Notes under the pieces: model-generated
What the model was told of the DNA's origin: nothing
What the model saw: the letters and a program-made list of their open reading frames with translations, nothing else
The model's database searches: none
Shown: positions 9,222-17,088 of the stretch, one piece after another
Layout of the letters: each line of letters starts with the position of its first letter
Numbering within the stretch: the stretch's first letter is position 1
Assembly: GCA_964508075.1 (NCBI GenBank)
Contig: CAZDTB010000001.1
Coordinates: 1 to 38,044, forward strand
Reading direction: 5' to 3'
Length of the DNA: 38,044 nt
DNA from: an uncultured Planctomycetales bacterium
GTDB lineage: Bacteria; Planctomycetota; Phycisphaerae; UBA1845; Fen-1342
Position numbers and translations under genes: made by a program

Positions 9222-9258
9222 GCTTGGGCGAAACGCAGGGGTCGCCCAAGCTTCTTTT
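9222..9258 (+). terminator. rho-independent terminator of PEP-CTERM gene 1
   Basis: Stem GCTTGGGCGA (9222-9231) / TCGCCCAAGC (9242-9251), 10-nt loop, then TTCTTTT. Confidence 0.7.
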
Positions 9259-9551
9259 ACGCGCGAATCGACATGCTCACCGCCGCTAATTACCACGACG
9301 AGCCCCCGGGGGGGGGCACCGGTGGTCGGGAGTATGTTTCGACACCGCAACGGTGCGAGAAACGGGCCGCACGCACATAACTATTTGCCATTGCGCAGAT
9401 TACAGGCATTTCGCCAGAATCCCGGCAACCCCGCTGGCTATAACGCGACCGAATCCCGGTGCCGCCGGCGAGCGGAGCGCGCCGCAATGGCCAGTGGGAG
9501 CGGCGTGGCTGCCCCCCCGGGAAAAATACGCAGACTTTTCTCAGTTTCGGC

Positions 9552-9580
9552 TTGAAAAACGGGTTCTGATGAGGTAGCAT
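9552..9580 (+). promoter_or_regulatory. putative sigma70-type promoter of PEP-CTERM gene 2
   Basis: TTGAAA (9552-9557), 17-nt spacer, TAGCAT (9575-9580), 18 nt upstream of leader copy 2. The upstream flank (AGACTTTTC..CGGCTTGA) is recognisably homologous to that of copy 1 (AGAACTTTTC..CGGCTTGA). Confidence 0.4.
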
Positions 9581-9598
9581 GGCGTTTGACCTTTCGAG

Positions 9599-9649
9599 GA
9601 GGAGACTGAAGTGATCGGGCGGGCCGATCACCAACTCTCACGGATCCGT
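9599..9649 (+). promoter_or_regulatory. conserved 51-nt leader element, copy 2
   Basis: GAGGAGACTGAAGTGATCGGGCGGGCCGATCACCAACTCTCACGGATCCGT. Hairpin at 9611-9631, ACTCTC at 9634-9639. The reading frame equivalent to copy 1 is closed by TGA at 9650-9652, so the block is not conserved as coding sequence. Confidence 0.6.
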
Positions 9650-9668
9650 TGACAGGAGAGGAAGTCCT

Positions 9669-10292
9669 ATGAAGAAACTACTAGCGTTTGTTACAGTTCT
9701 TGCCTTTGCCATGACGGCGAACGCGTCGATTACCGCCAGCTTGGTGTACAACGGTTCGCCGCAGGGTGCCTGTACGCACACTTACGACGTCCTGGTTACG
9801 GTAGCCGACGATCCGGGCCCCCCGGTCGACCCGGACGACTGGACGGTTGCGGGCATGACGGCCACGCTGACCGGTGCGTGCGTGTTCATCGACACCGAGA
9901 CCTACAACCCACCGCTGTATGATTTCGGGATTGGCGACCCCAATGACAGCTACTTCACCTCGCCGATGTTCTACCCGAACGCCCCGAACTTGGGCGCCGT
10001 CACGTTCGCTGACCCGAACGTGGTTATCGAAGCTGCCCAGATGCGTCAAGGCGATTGGTTTGATACCGTCGACACGGGCGCCGGTACTTTCGTGATCCAC
10101 CGTCTGTCGATCCTGTGCGATCCCTGTCCTCCCGAGCAGGAGTGCTGGATGCACATCGACCTGGAGATCGGTGCCGCGAACACCGGTGGCACGCTGTTCC
10201 CGTACAGTTGGGATGTCCAGGTTTGCATCCCTGAGCCCGCCAGCCTTGCGCTGTTGGCCCTTGGTGGCCTGGCCCTGATTCGTCGTCGTTAA
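9669..10292 (+). CDS. PEP-CTERM sorting-domain protein, paralog 2
   Basis: 207-aa ORF preceded by GGAGAGGA with a 6-nt spacer. Signal peptide MKKLLAFVTVLAFAMTANA. The central block is shared with paralog 1. C-terminus IPEPASLALLALGGLALIRRR. Confidence 0.85.
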   Translation: MKKLLAFVTVLAFAMTANASITASLVYNGSPQGACTHTYDVLVTVADDPGPPVDPDDWTVAGMTATLTGACVFIDTETYNPPLYDFGIGDPNDSYFTSPMFYPNAPNLGAVTFADPNVVIEAAQMRQGDWFDTVDTGAGTFVIHRLSILCDPCPPEQECWMHIDLEIGAANTGGTLFPYSWDVQVCIPEPASLALLALGGLALIRRR

Positions 10293-10327
10293 TACGATCG
10301 AATCCGGCCACAATAAGAAGTAAATCC

Positions 10328-10366
10328 GCTTGGGCGAGTCCCGGGACTCGCCCAAGCTCTTTTTTT
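10328..10366 (+). terminator. strong rho-independent terminator (possibly bidirectional) between PEP-CTERM gene 2 and the convergent glycosyltransferase gene
   Basis: Perfect 15-bp arms GCTTGGGCGAGTCCC / GGGACTCGCCCAAGC (10328-10357) followed by TCTTTTTTT. An A-rich tract upstream could serve the opposite strand. The stem sequence is homologous to the 9222 terminator. Confidence 0.8.
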
Positions 10367-10433
10367 GCGCCGGGCACGGCGCGATGACTCGGCGGATGCA
10401 CCTCCAGCGCCGATCACGTTCCGACGAACGATT

Positions 10434-11669
10434 TCAGGTGGTTTCCGAGGGCCGCGCCCGCGATTGCACAAAGGCCGTCGCGGCGGCGATCTCGACGAAG
10501 GGCATCAGCGGGACGCGGTAGCGTAGCGAGCCGATGAAGACGCAGTGGGCGAGCGTGAAGTAGATCACCGGCAGCCACAGCAGCAGGTGCAGTCGCCGAC
10601 GGGGGGATACTGTTTCGGCGGAGTGCTTCTTTCCGAGCGTGCCGGCTAAGCCGGTGAAGGCGAGCAGCAGCGTGACCACCGTGAATGCGGCACTCACGAA
10701 GCCGGTGATGCCGCCGCGGTAGTCAGAGACGTTTGGTGACGGGCTCCAGGTGCGTCGGAACTTGACCCAGGCGAGCTTCAGCACGCGGCCCGGGTCGCTG
10801 CGCACTTGTTCGATTGCGAGCCTCTGCAATTCACGGTCGCGCTCGACTTCGTTGAGCCCGACGAGTTGGGGAAGCTCCTCGAGGAACGCCTGGTTGCTGC
10901 TGCCGTCGGCTTGTGGACCCTGGGCGTCGTAGAGTGTGACGCCGCCGTTGGTCGAGAGCCACGCCGAGGTGCCGATCATGGCCCGATTGCGCAGCCCCCA
11001 CGGGAGCAGGCAGACGGCCATCACGGCAATGTACAACGCCAATCGTCGTGTGGCGCGCACACGGTGCGAGTCGAAAAGCCACAGGACGACCCACAACAGC
11101 AGCAGCCATCCCGCGGCGGACGGGCGTGTCATCAGTATCGCGGCGCCGCACACGGCTACGCCGTACGTTGCCGCGCGCGATGCCTTCGCGGGATCCGTTA
11201 TCAGCCGCCAGGCACAGGCGGTGAGCGCCACCGCGAACAAGCTGAACGACACTTCCGTCAGCAGCAGATTCGCAAAGAAAATCGCGTATGGATCGAGGCA
11301 CACCAGGATGCCGGCGATCAGAGCGGCGCGCCGGTCGAGCGCCCTTCCTACGAACGAATAGGCGATCCAGGCCGTGGCGGCGCCCAGGAGGGCCTGAAGC
11401 AGGCGGGCGATCAGGATTCCGGTCCCATCTGCCCACGCGCACAACGCCAGGAAGAGCGGGTAGCCCGGCATGCGGGCGGCGTATCGGGCATCGGCGCTGA
11501 CCAGCGTCCCGTCGTGCACGAGGTTACTCGCGAGCTGCCAGTGCAGCTCTTCGTCGGGAAACTCCAGCGCCGCGCCGGTCCTGCTCCAGCGCAGCAGGAC
11601 CCAGGCGACGCGCAGTAGAAGGGCGACGACGAAGATCGCGGACACGAGTCCTGGTGTTTTCGGCTTCAC
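10434..11669 (-). CDS. GT39/GT83-like (ArnT/PMT_2-type) polytopic membrane glycosyltransferase
   Basis: Multi-TM protein with the N-terminal loop ..FPDEELHWQLASNLVHDG..YAARMPGYPLFLA.., typical of dolichyl/undecaprenyl-phosphate-sugar dependent GT-C enzymes. I place the start at the GTG at 11669, which overlaps the tilS TGA as GTGA. The track ORF extends to 11798, inside tilS. Confidence 0.65.
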   Translation of the reverse strand: MKPKTPGLVSAIFVVALLLRVAWVLLRWSRTGAALEFPDEELHWQLASNLVHDGTLVSADARYAARMPGYPLFLALCAWADGTGILIARLLQALLGAATAWIAYSFVGRALDRRAALIAGILVCLDPYAIFFANLLLTEVSFSLFAVALTACAWRLITDPAKASRAATYGVAVCGAAILMTRPSAAGWLLLLWVVLWLFDSHRVRATRRLALYIAVMAVCLLPWGLRNRAMIGTSAWLSTNGGVTLYDAQGPQADGSSNQAFLEELPQLVGLNEVERDRELQRLAIEQVRSDPGRVLKLAWVKFRRTWSPSPNVSDYRGGITGFVSAAFTVVTLLLAFTGLAGTLGKKHSAETVSPRRRLHLLLWLPVIYFTLAHCVFIGSLRYRVPLMPFVEIAAATAFVQSRARPSETT

Positions 11670-13135
11670 GATTCGGCGGTCGATCCGCGAAAAGTCGGGG
11701 TGAACACGAGCCGCAGCGCGCGGCGCGAGTTCGCCCGCAGCTTTACGCGTTCGTCGATCCGCAGGGGCATCACCCAGACCACGCCGGCCTGGTCGCACAA
11801 GACGCCGGTGCGGGCCCTGAGGGGCGGTTCGATTTTCTCGTCAATGAAGAAGTCGCTCAAGCTCTTGGTGCCCGGGGCGCCCAGCGGGTGGAAGCGGTCG
11901 CCCGCGCGGCGCCCGCGAACGAGTAACGGCAATTGCAGGCGGTCGTGGTCGAGCCATTGCTCGTTCGGGTGCGCGGTCTGGCGCAGCTCGTCGATCTTCT
12001 CCGGGTCGACCTCGCACGCCTCAGCGGTCAGCTCGCCGTTGAGCTGCGGCAGCGGGGTCGTGCCGGGACAGGTGACGAAGACCGGGGTCAGTTCCGCGGG
12101 CGTCTCGGTCATCGCCCGCGGGCGGAACTCCAGCCGGTCGTAAACCTTGCGAACTGTCACCGCGCCCGGCAGGTGCAGCTCCTTCCCGCTCGCGCGGTCG
12201 GCGGCCAGTCGCAGCACGTCATCGACGTTCGTGAAGCTGAGATCCTGTTCGCCCCCGGGCAGGAGCGAGACGGCGCGGCGGATGACCTCGGCCTGAATCA
12301 CGCGTTGCTTGCTGACCAGGGCGCGGGTGTTCAGGACGATCCGGCTGGGCTGTTCGCTGACGACCAGCGAGTCGAAGATCCGCGTGGCGGCGTCGCGCAA
12401 GTACGTTTCCAGCCAGCGGGCCTGCTCGGCCAGACGGAGCAGGGCGTCGGTCACGTTCGGGTTGAGTTGCTCGCGAAGCATGGGCAGCACAACGTTGCGG
12501 ACGCGGCCGCGCGTGAACTCGGTGTCCCGGTTGGTCTGGTCCGTGCGGTATTCGATCCCGCGCTGCTCGCATAGCTGCTCAATCGTTGCCCGCCGATGAT
12601 CCAGCAGCGGACGTATCAGGAGAACCCGCGAGCCGGGCTGGATGGCTCGGGTTTGGCGCATGCCGGCCAGGCCGCGCATCCCGGTTCCGCGGCAGATGCG
12701 ATGCAGAATCGTCTCGGCGTCGTCGTCGGCGTGGTGCGCGACCGCGATGCCGACCGCGTCGGTCTTGAGCGCGACGCGTTCGAGGAATTCGTAGCGGAGT
12801 TGGCGGGCAACTTCTTCGGTCGAGCCGCCGTGAGTTTCGACTTCGGACGGAATGTGCACGCGTTCGATGTGCACCGGCAGCGCGAGCTGGCGGGCGAGGT
12901 CCTTGACGAACTCCGCGTCGGCGTCGGCCGCGTTGCCGCGCAGACCGTGGTGGAGGTGGGCAGCGTGCAGTTCCCAGCGCAACTCGCGTTGTTCAGAAAG
13001 TTGACGCAGAGCGTGCAGTAGCAAAACCGAATCCGCACCGCCGGAAACCCCGACCACCCAGCGTGTCTTGGACACGAGTAGCCCGTGCCGCTCGAACCAC
13101 CGCCCCAGTTCTTCGAGGAACGAGTCCCAGTTCAC
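11666..13135 (-). CDS. tilS: tRNA(Ile)-lysidine synthetase TilS
   Basis: 489-aa ORF with the PP-loop VVGVSGGADSVLLLHAL and HLHHGLRG. The C-terminal ..GDRFHPLGAPGTKSLSDFFID.. is the TilS substrate-binding domain signature. GTG start at 13135. Confidence 0.9.
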   Translation of the reverse strand: MNWDSFLEELGRWFERHGLLVSKTRWVVGVSGGADSVLLLHALRQLSEQRELRWELHAAHLHHGLRGNAADADAEFVKDLARQLALPVHIERVHIPSEVETHGGSTEEVARQLRYEFLERVALKTDAVGIAVAHHADDDAETILHRICRGTGMRGLAGMRQTRAIQPGSRVLLIRPLLDHRRATIEQLCEQRGIEYRTDQTNRDTEFTRGRVRNVVLPMLREQLNPNVTDALLRLAEQARWLETYLRDAATRIFDSLVVSEQPSRIVLNTRALVSKQRVIQAEVIRRAVSLLPGGEQDLSFTNVDDVLRLAADRASGKELHLPGAVTVRKVYDRLEFRPRAMTETPAELTPVFVTCPGTTPLPQLNGELTAEACEVDPEKIDELRQTAHPNEQWLDHDRLQLPLLVRGRRAGDRFHPLGAPGTKSLSDFFIDEKIEPPLRARTGVLCDQAGVVWVMPLRIDERVKLRANSRRALRLVFTPTFRGSTAES

Positions 13136-13308
13136 GCCGCGCTCCTGTCGGTGCCGCCGCGCGGATCACGGGTTCGCCGCGCGGCGAACCAGCTATTATA
13201 CGCGGGATTGGGTCGAGTCAGGGGGAGAAACCATGAGGATTATGCGATTGTGCGATGGAGGGATGGCGAGGGATTCAGTCGGCTAGCGCTCTGGTATGAC
13301 AACATTGT

Positions 13309-13971
13309 CTATTCAACAAAGAATGACTGCGGAACAACCTTGACGCTGTCCGGCAAGCAAGCCCGCACCGCCGACGTGTAGGCCGCGGCGCCGTCGCGCG
13401 GGTTGGTCGGCGGTGCCAGCTCGTTGAGGCAGTCGAGCAAGTCGTGCGTGTCCGCCTCGCTGCTGGGCAGATCGCGCGCGTTCTTCGCGATCGCGACGAC
13501 CAGGAGCTGCTCCAAGGGCGGGGCGTCGGTGACGTCGATAGTGATGTCATGCACCTGATCCGGAGTGAGCTCGGCCAACGGGCGGCCGTCCTCCCATTCG
13601 TACAACTGCCAGGCCAGACATTGGCAGTCTTTCTCCCAGGTGTGGAAGATCGCGAGCACGGCACACTGCTGCGGCGAGCTGGGCTCAAAGCGATCGATGC
13701 GCACGCCGTCGTAACGCGGTACGCTGGGGCAATAGGCGATCTCGAACTGCGGCCGTGGTGTCGTTGCTGGGGGGAGCAACGCCAGCAGGATTGCCGCGGC
13801 GGCGGCGGCGCCTACCCCGAGTCGCCAGGGCAGACGGCGATCTCGCTCGCGATCAAAGCGGATGATCGCCGGAGTGTCGTCACCGAGGCGTTCGGAAAGG
13901 CGAGCGGCGTGTTCGAGCGCGTCGATTTCCGCGGCCATTCGAACCAGGTTCTCGAGCTCCTTGTCCTTCAC
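13309..13971 (-). CDS. single-pass membrane protein, putative anti-sigma factor
   Basis: The GTG at 13971 is preceded by GGAAGG with a 6-nt spacer, 29 nt after the sigma-factor stop. It has a short helical N-terminus, a TM helix (LGVGAAAAAAILLALLPPA), and a ~150-aa Cys-containing outer domain of no family I recognise. The call rests on position and topology only. Confidence 0.4.
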   Translation of the reverse strand: MKDKELENLVRMAAEIDALEHAARLSERLGDDTPAIIRFDRERDRRLPWRLGVGAAAAAAILLALLPPATTPRPQFEIAYCPSVPRYDGVRIDRFEPSSPQQCAVLAIFHTWEKDCQCLAWQLYEWEDGRPLAELTPDQVHDITIDVTDAPPLEQLLVVAIAKNARDLPSSEADTHDLLDCLNELAPPTNPRDGAAAYTSAVRACLPDSVKVVPQSFFVE

Positions 13972-13999
13972 GATGGACCTTCCATTAGCAACCCTTCGA

Positions 14000-14683
14000 T
14001 TATTCACGTTTGCCGTCCCGGCGCTCGGCGCTATCCATCGAAAAGCCGCGGGCGACCAGACATTCACGCAACTTCTTGTATGCCAACTGCTTGCGCGCAT
14101 GAATCGTGCTGGCGGCCACACTCAGTTGCTCAGCCAGGGCGCGCTCCGATTCACCGCCGGCCAGCCCGATGATGATCCGGCGCTCTTCCGCGGTCAGGCT
14201 GAACGGCGTTCCCGTGGCGTGAAGACACGCGCGCACCGCCTCGAGGAGTTCGCCCGCTTCGAGCAACTTCGCCGGGTTATCCGAAGCTTGCGATTCATTC
14301 AGCAGTGCTGCATCAAACCAGCTGTGAGAGATCGGCGTGTGGCCCGTTTGACGAAGGTGCTGGAGCCAGAGTTTGTGTGCGACGGCGTAAACAAAGGTCG
14401 AGATGGCGGCCTTTCGTCGATCGTAACGCCGATCGCGGAGTGCTTCCCAGACGGCGATCCAGGTGCGTTGGGCGAGCTCGTCCGTCAGTTCCGCTTGTCC
14501 GCCGGTGCGACGCAGCAATATACGCTTGAGCCCGGGCTCCAAGCGGCGGAGCAGGTGCTCGAAGGCGCCGCGGTCGCCGCTCTGCGCGCGGTCGGCGAGT
14601 TGCGTCAGCGGATCGGCGGATTCGTCTGGGCGCGACGGGGTACGCATGGCACAACTGTACGCAAGCTCCGGGGGGGAATTCAA
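14000..14683 (-). CDS. ECF-type RNA polymerase sigma-70 family factor
   Basis: Region 2 (..ELAQRTWIAVWEAL..FVYAVAHKLWLQHLR) and region 4 HTH (LTAEERRIIIGLAGGESERALAEQLSVAASTIHARKQLAYKKL). The track start at 14683 is TTG. An ATG at 14647 (MRTPSRPDES..) is an equally plausible start. Confidence 0.85.
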   Translation of the reverse strand: MNSPPELAYSCAMRTPSRPDESADPLTQLADRAQSGDRGAFEHLLRRLEPGLKRILLRRTGGQAELTDELAQRTWIAVWEALRDRRYDRRKAAISTFVYAVAHKLWLQHLRQTGHTPISHSWFDAALLNESQASDNPAKLLEAGELLEAVRACLHATGTPFSLTAEERRIIIGLAGGESERALAEQLSVAASTIHARKQLAYKKLRECLVARGFSMDSAERRDGKRE

Positions 14684-14954
14684 CCGCCGGGGCGGTATCT
14701 CCCGCCCGCTGCGCTCGGATTGTGTCGGACGAGGGGCAAGTTTTCCGGAGAAACTGCCGAGCGCGGCGTGCGGGGGCGTGAATACAGAAGCGATACCGCT
14801 GCCGGGAAGTGACGCTGGTCGTCACCCGGGAACGGAATCGTCGATGCTTCTATGCGCGGTGGGAGGAAGCAGCCCGCCGTCTGATTTGCCAAGCGACTTC
14901 TCTCGCCTGGCTGAAGGAGTCATTCTGTCACGATGTTCGTCGGAGGATAGTCAC

Positions 14955-16115
14955 ATGCACGATGGTCGCGATAACTACGCCGGAAGGAAAGAGGCGTGCT
15001 GGTCTCTGGTACCGTTCGTTGCCCTGCTGATCGCCATCCCGGCCACTCTGGCCCAGGTGCCGGTCGAGGAGCGGCCGACGTCGGCGACGCAGACCGCCGC
15101 CCCCAAGCTCGAAGTCAGCACGAGCGTGTGGGATTTTGGCCAGAAATGGGCTGGCGAGAAAGCCGAGACGACGATCACGCTGAAGAACGTCGGCGACGCT
15201 CCGATTCGCGTCGAGAAGGTCAAAACGAGCTGCGGCTGCACGGTGGCGAGTGTGAAGAAGGAGCTGCTCGAGCCGGGTGAGTCCGAAGACGTCAAGGTTA
15301 CGTACAACACGAATAAAGCCGTCGAGACGGTCTCACAGAAGATCCATGTACACTCCAACGACCCGACCAGCCCGATCACGACCATCGAGGTCAAGGGGCG
15401 GGTTAAGCAGGTCGTTAGGTTGTCCGAGGCTCGCGGCCTGAACTTCGGTTACATCGGGCGCGACGACGTCATCACCAAGTCAGTTGAAATCGAGTGTGCG
15501 TACACCGAGCCGCTCGCGTTGCGGCTCAAGGAGATGCAGTCCGAGAGTTTCGACGTGCGCCTGGAGGAGATCGAGGCGGGTCGCCGCTACAGACTGACCG
15601 CGACGACGAAGCCGCCGCTGCAGGACGGCTTGAACCACGCGAACGTCCAGTTGCTGACCGGGCTGAACCTGGTTCCCGAGGTTCCCGTGCGCATCTGGGG
15701 CACGGTTCAGGCCCCGATCGCCGTGATGCCGAATGCGCTGTACGTTTCGGGCCAGATCAACGAGCCGACGCAGCGCGATCTGCGCGTGACCTCCCGCCGG
15801 GATGAGCCGCTGAAGGTGACGGGCGTCACCGTGAGCGATCCGGTAATCAAGGCGGAAGTGCTGCCGACTCCCGCTCGACCGGCGAAGTCGTCGTTGGCCA
15901 ACGTGGCGACAGTCCGCGTGATGTTGCCGCCGCCTGACGAGCTCCCCGCCGGCGGAGCGACGATCACGATTGCCACCGACGATGAGGAGTACGCCGAGCT
16001 GGTGGTGCCCGTCCGCAAGAGGGCAGCGGCGAAGAAGCCAGCCGTACCCGGCAAGAGCTTGAAGGCCCAGCCGACGGCCGACTCATCTAAACCTCCGAAG
16101 GAAATCAGGCCTTGA
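14955..16115 (+). CDS. DUF1573 domain protein (three Ig-like modules), exported
   Basis: The ATG at 14955 is preceded by GGAGGA. TM/signal segment ACWSLVPFVALLIAIPATLAQ. The first module, WDFGQKWAGEKAETTITLKNVGDAPIRVEKVKTSCGCTVAS.., is the DUF1573 signature including SCGCT, and two further beta-rich modules follow. Lys/Pro-rich tail. Confidence 0.8.
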   Translation: MHDGRDNYAGRKEACWSLVPFVALLIAIPATLAQVPVEERPTSATQTAAPKLEVSTSVWDFGQKWAGEKAETTITLKNVGDAPIRVEKVKTSCGCTVASVKKELLEPGESEDVKVTYNTNKAVETVSQKIHVHSNDPTSPITTIEVKGRVKQVVRLSEARGLNFGYIGRDDVITKSVEIECAYTEPLALRLKEMQSESFDVRLEEIEAGRRYRLTATTKPPLQDGLNHANVQLLTGLNLVPEVPVRIWGTVQAPIAVMPNALYVSGQINEPTQRDLRVTSRRDEPLKVTGVTVSDPVIKAEVLPTPARPAKSSLANVATVRVMLPPPDELPAGGATITIATDDEEYAELVVPVRKRAAAKKPAVPGKSLKAQPTADSSKPPKEIRP

Positions 16116-16594
16116 GCGTCGCAATTGCACGGCTGGTGGGGGTTGTGGGCCTGTCTGTGGCGGTATCCGCCGGGTCCGCGTTAGTTCGCCACTTGCCCTG
16201 GGTGCCTGATCCAGGGGCCGTGGAAGTGGAGGTGCGGCGACGCGATCAGCTACGGGCCACGGCTGGCGTGACGCTCGATGGGTTCCTGGCGCTGATCGAC
16301 GACGGGGCGGTCGTGGTTGACGCCCGTCCGGCCTCGGCGTTCGAGAAGGGGCACCTCGCCGCCCCGCAGACGTTTGTCATCAACGTCCCCGCAGACGAAT
16401 TCGACGCTCATCTTCCCCAGTTGAGGGAGTTCGAAGGCTGTCGGTTCGTGCTGTATTGCTCCTCCGAAGCGTGCGACTCTTCGGCGGAGGTGTGCGCCGC
16501 GATGGTGGACGTCGGCTTCGATCCGGCCGATCTGTTCATTTACTTCCCGGGCTGGGAAGGTATCGTGGAGGCGGGGCTGGAGACGGTGGAGTAG
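16112..16594 (+). CDS. membrane-anchored rhodanese-like domain protein
   Basis: The TTG start overlaps the upstream TGA (TTGA at 16112-16115). N-terminal TM helix, then ..VVVDARPASAFEKGHL..FVLYCSSEACDSSAEVCAAM..GFDPADLFIYFPGWEGI, a rhodanese fold with a Cys-containing active-site loop. Confidence 0.8.
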   Translation: MSVAIARLVGVVGLSVAVSAGSALVRHLPWVPDPGAVEVEVRRRDQLRATAGVTLDGFLALIDDGAVVVDARPASAFEKGHLAAPQTFVINVPADEFDAHLPQLREFEGCRFVLYCSSEACDSSAEVCAAMVDVGFDPADLFIYFPGWEGIVEAGLETVE

Positions 16595-16599
16595 CGCTC

Positions 16600-17088
16600 G
16601 TGAGCGGAGCAGTACTGGAGAAGAACGGTTCACGCAGAGGCTGGCAGGCGGCGGCGTTGATCGGGCGGCTGGTGGTCGGTGGTCTCTTCGTTTACGCCGG
16701 CTCCAGCAAGATTCTCGACCCGATGAAGTTTGCCGAGCAGGTCCGGGCGTATGAGCTGGTGCCGGTTATCCTGACCAACGCGATTGCGATTGTGTTGCCG
16801 TGGCTGGAGCTGTTTGCGGGCGTGCTGCTGATTGTCGGGTTCTGGCGGGCCGAAGCGCGTCTGGTGATCTTCCTGATGATGGTTGGCTTCACGTTCGGAA
16901 AAGTCAGCGTCGAGGTGCGGGGGATGAACATCGACTGCGGCTGCTGGGGCAGCGACTGGCTGGAAGCTGTGTTCCACGGCATCCGCGGGATTCTGCTGAA
17001 CCTGGTCCTGATCGGTCTGCTGCTGGTGGATTACTACGGTCAGCGTTTGACCACTCCACCGGTCCGTGCGGTTCAGCCGGCCGCGTGA
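16600..17088 (+). CDS. MauE/DoxX-family redox-associated membrane protein
   Basis: GTG at 16600, 5 nt after the rhodanese stop and preceded by GGTGGAG. Four TM helices and the family-typical ..NIDCGCWG.. motif. The track ORF start at 16456 lies inside the rhodanese gene. Confidence 0.75.
   Translation: MSGAVLEKNGSRRGWQAAALIGRLVVGGLFVYAGSSKILDPMKFAEQVRAYELVPVILTNAIAIVLPWLELFAGVLLIVGFWRAEARLVIFLMMVGFTFGKVSVEVRGMNIDCGCWGSDWLEAVFHGIRGILLNLVLIGLLLVDYYGQRLTTPPVRAVQPAA

Noticed and set aside
13172-13189. Perfect 18-nt palindrome GTTCGCCGCGCGGCGAAC between tilS and the anti-sigma-like gene, as a terminator
   Set aside because: No U tract follows on either strand, and short GC palindromes are frequent at this base composition. 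Evidence is insufficient to call a terminator or operator.
14684-14954. ECF-type promoter (GGAAC-N16/17-CGT) in the divergent intergenic region
   Set aside because: GGAAC occurs at about 14829-14833, but the only CGTC follows after about 5 nt, which is the wrong spacing. No convincing match exists on either strand, so no promoter is annotated.
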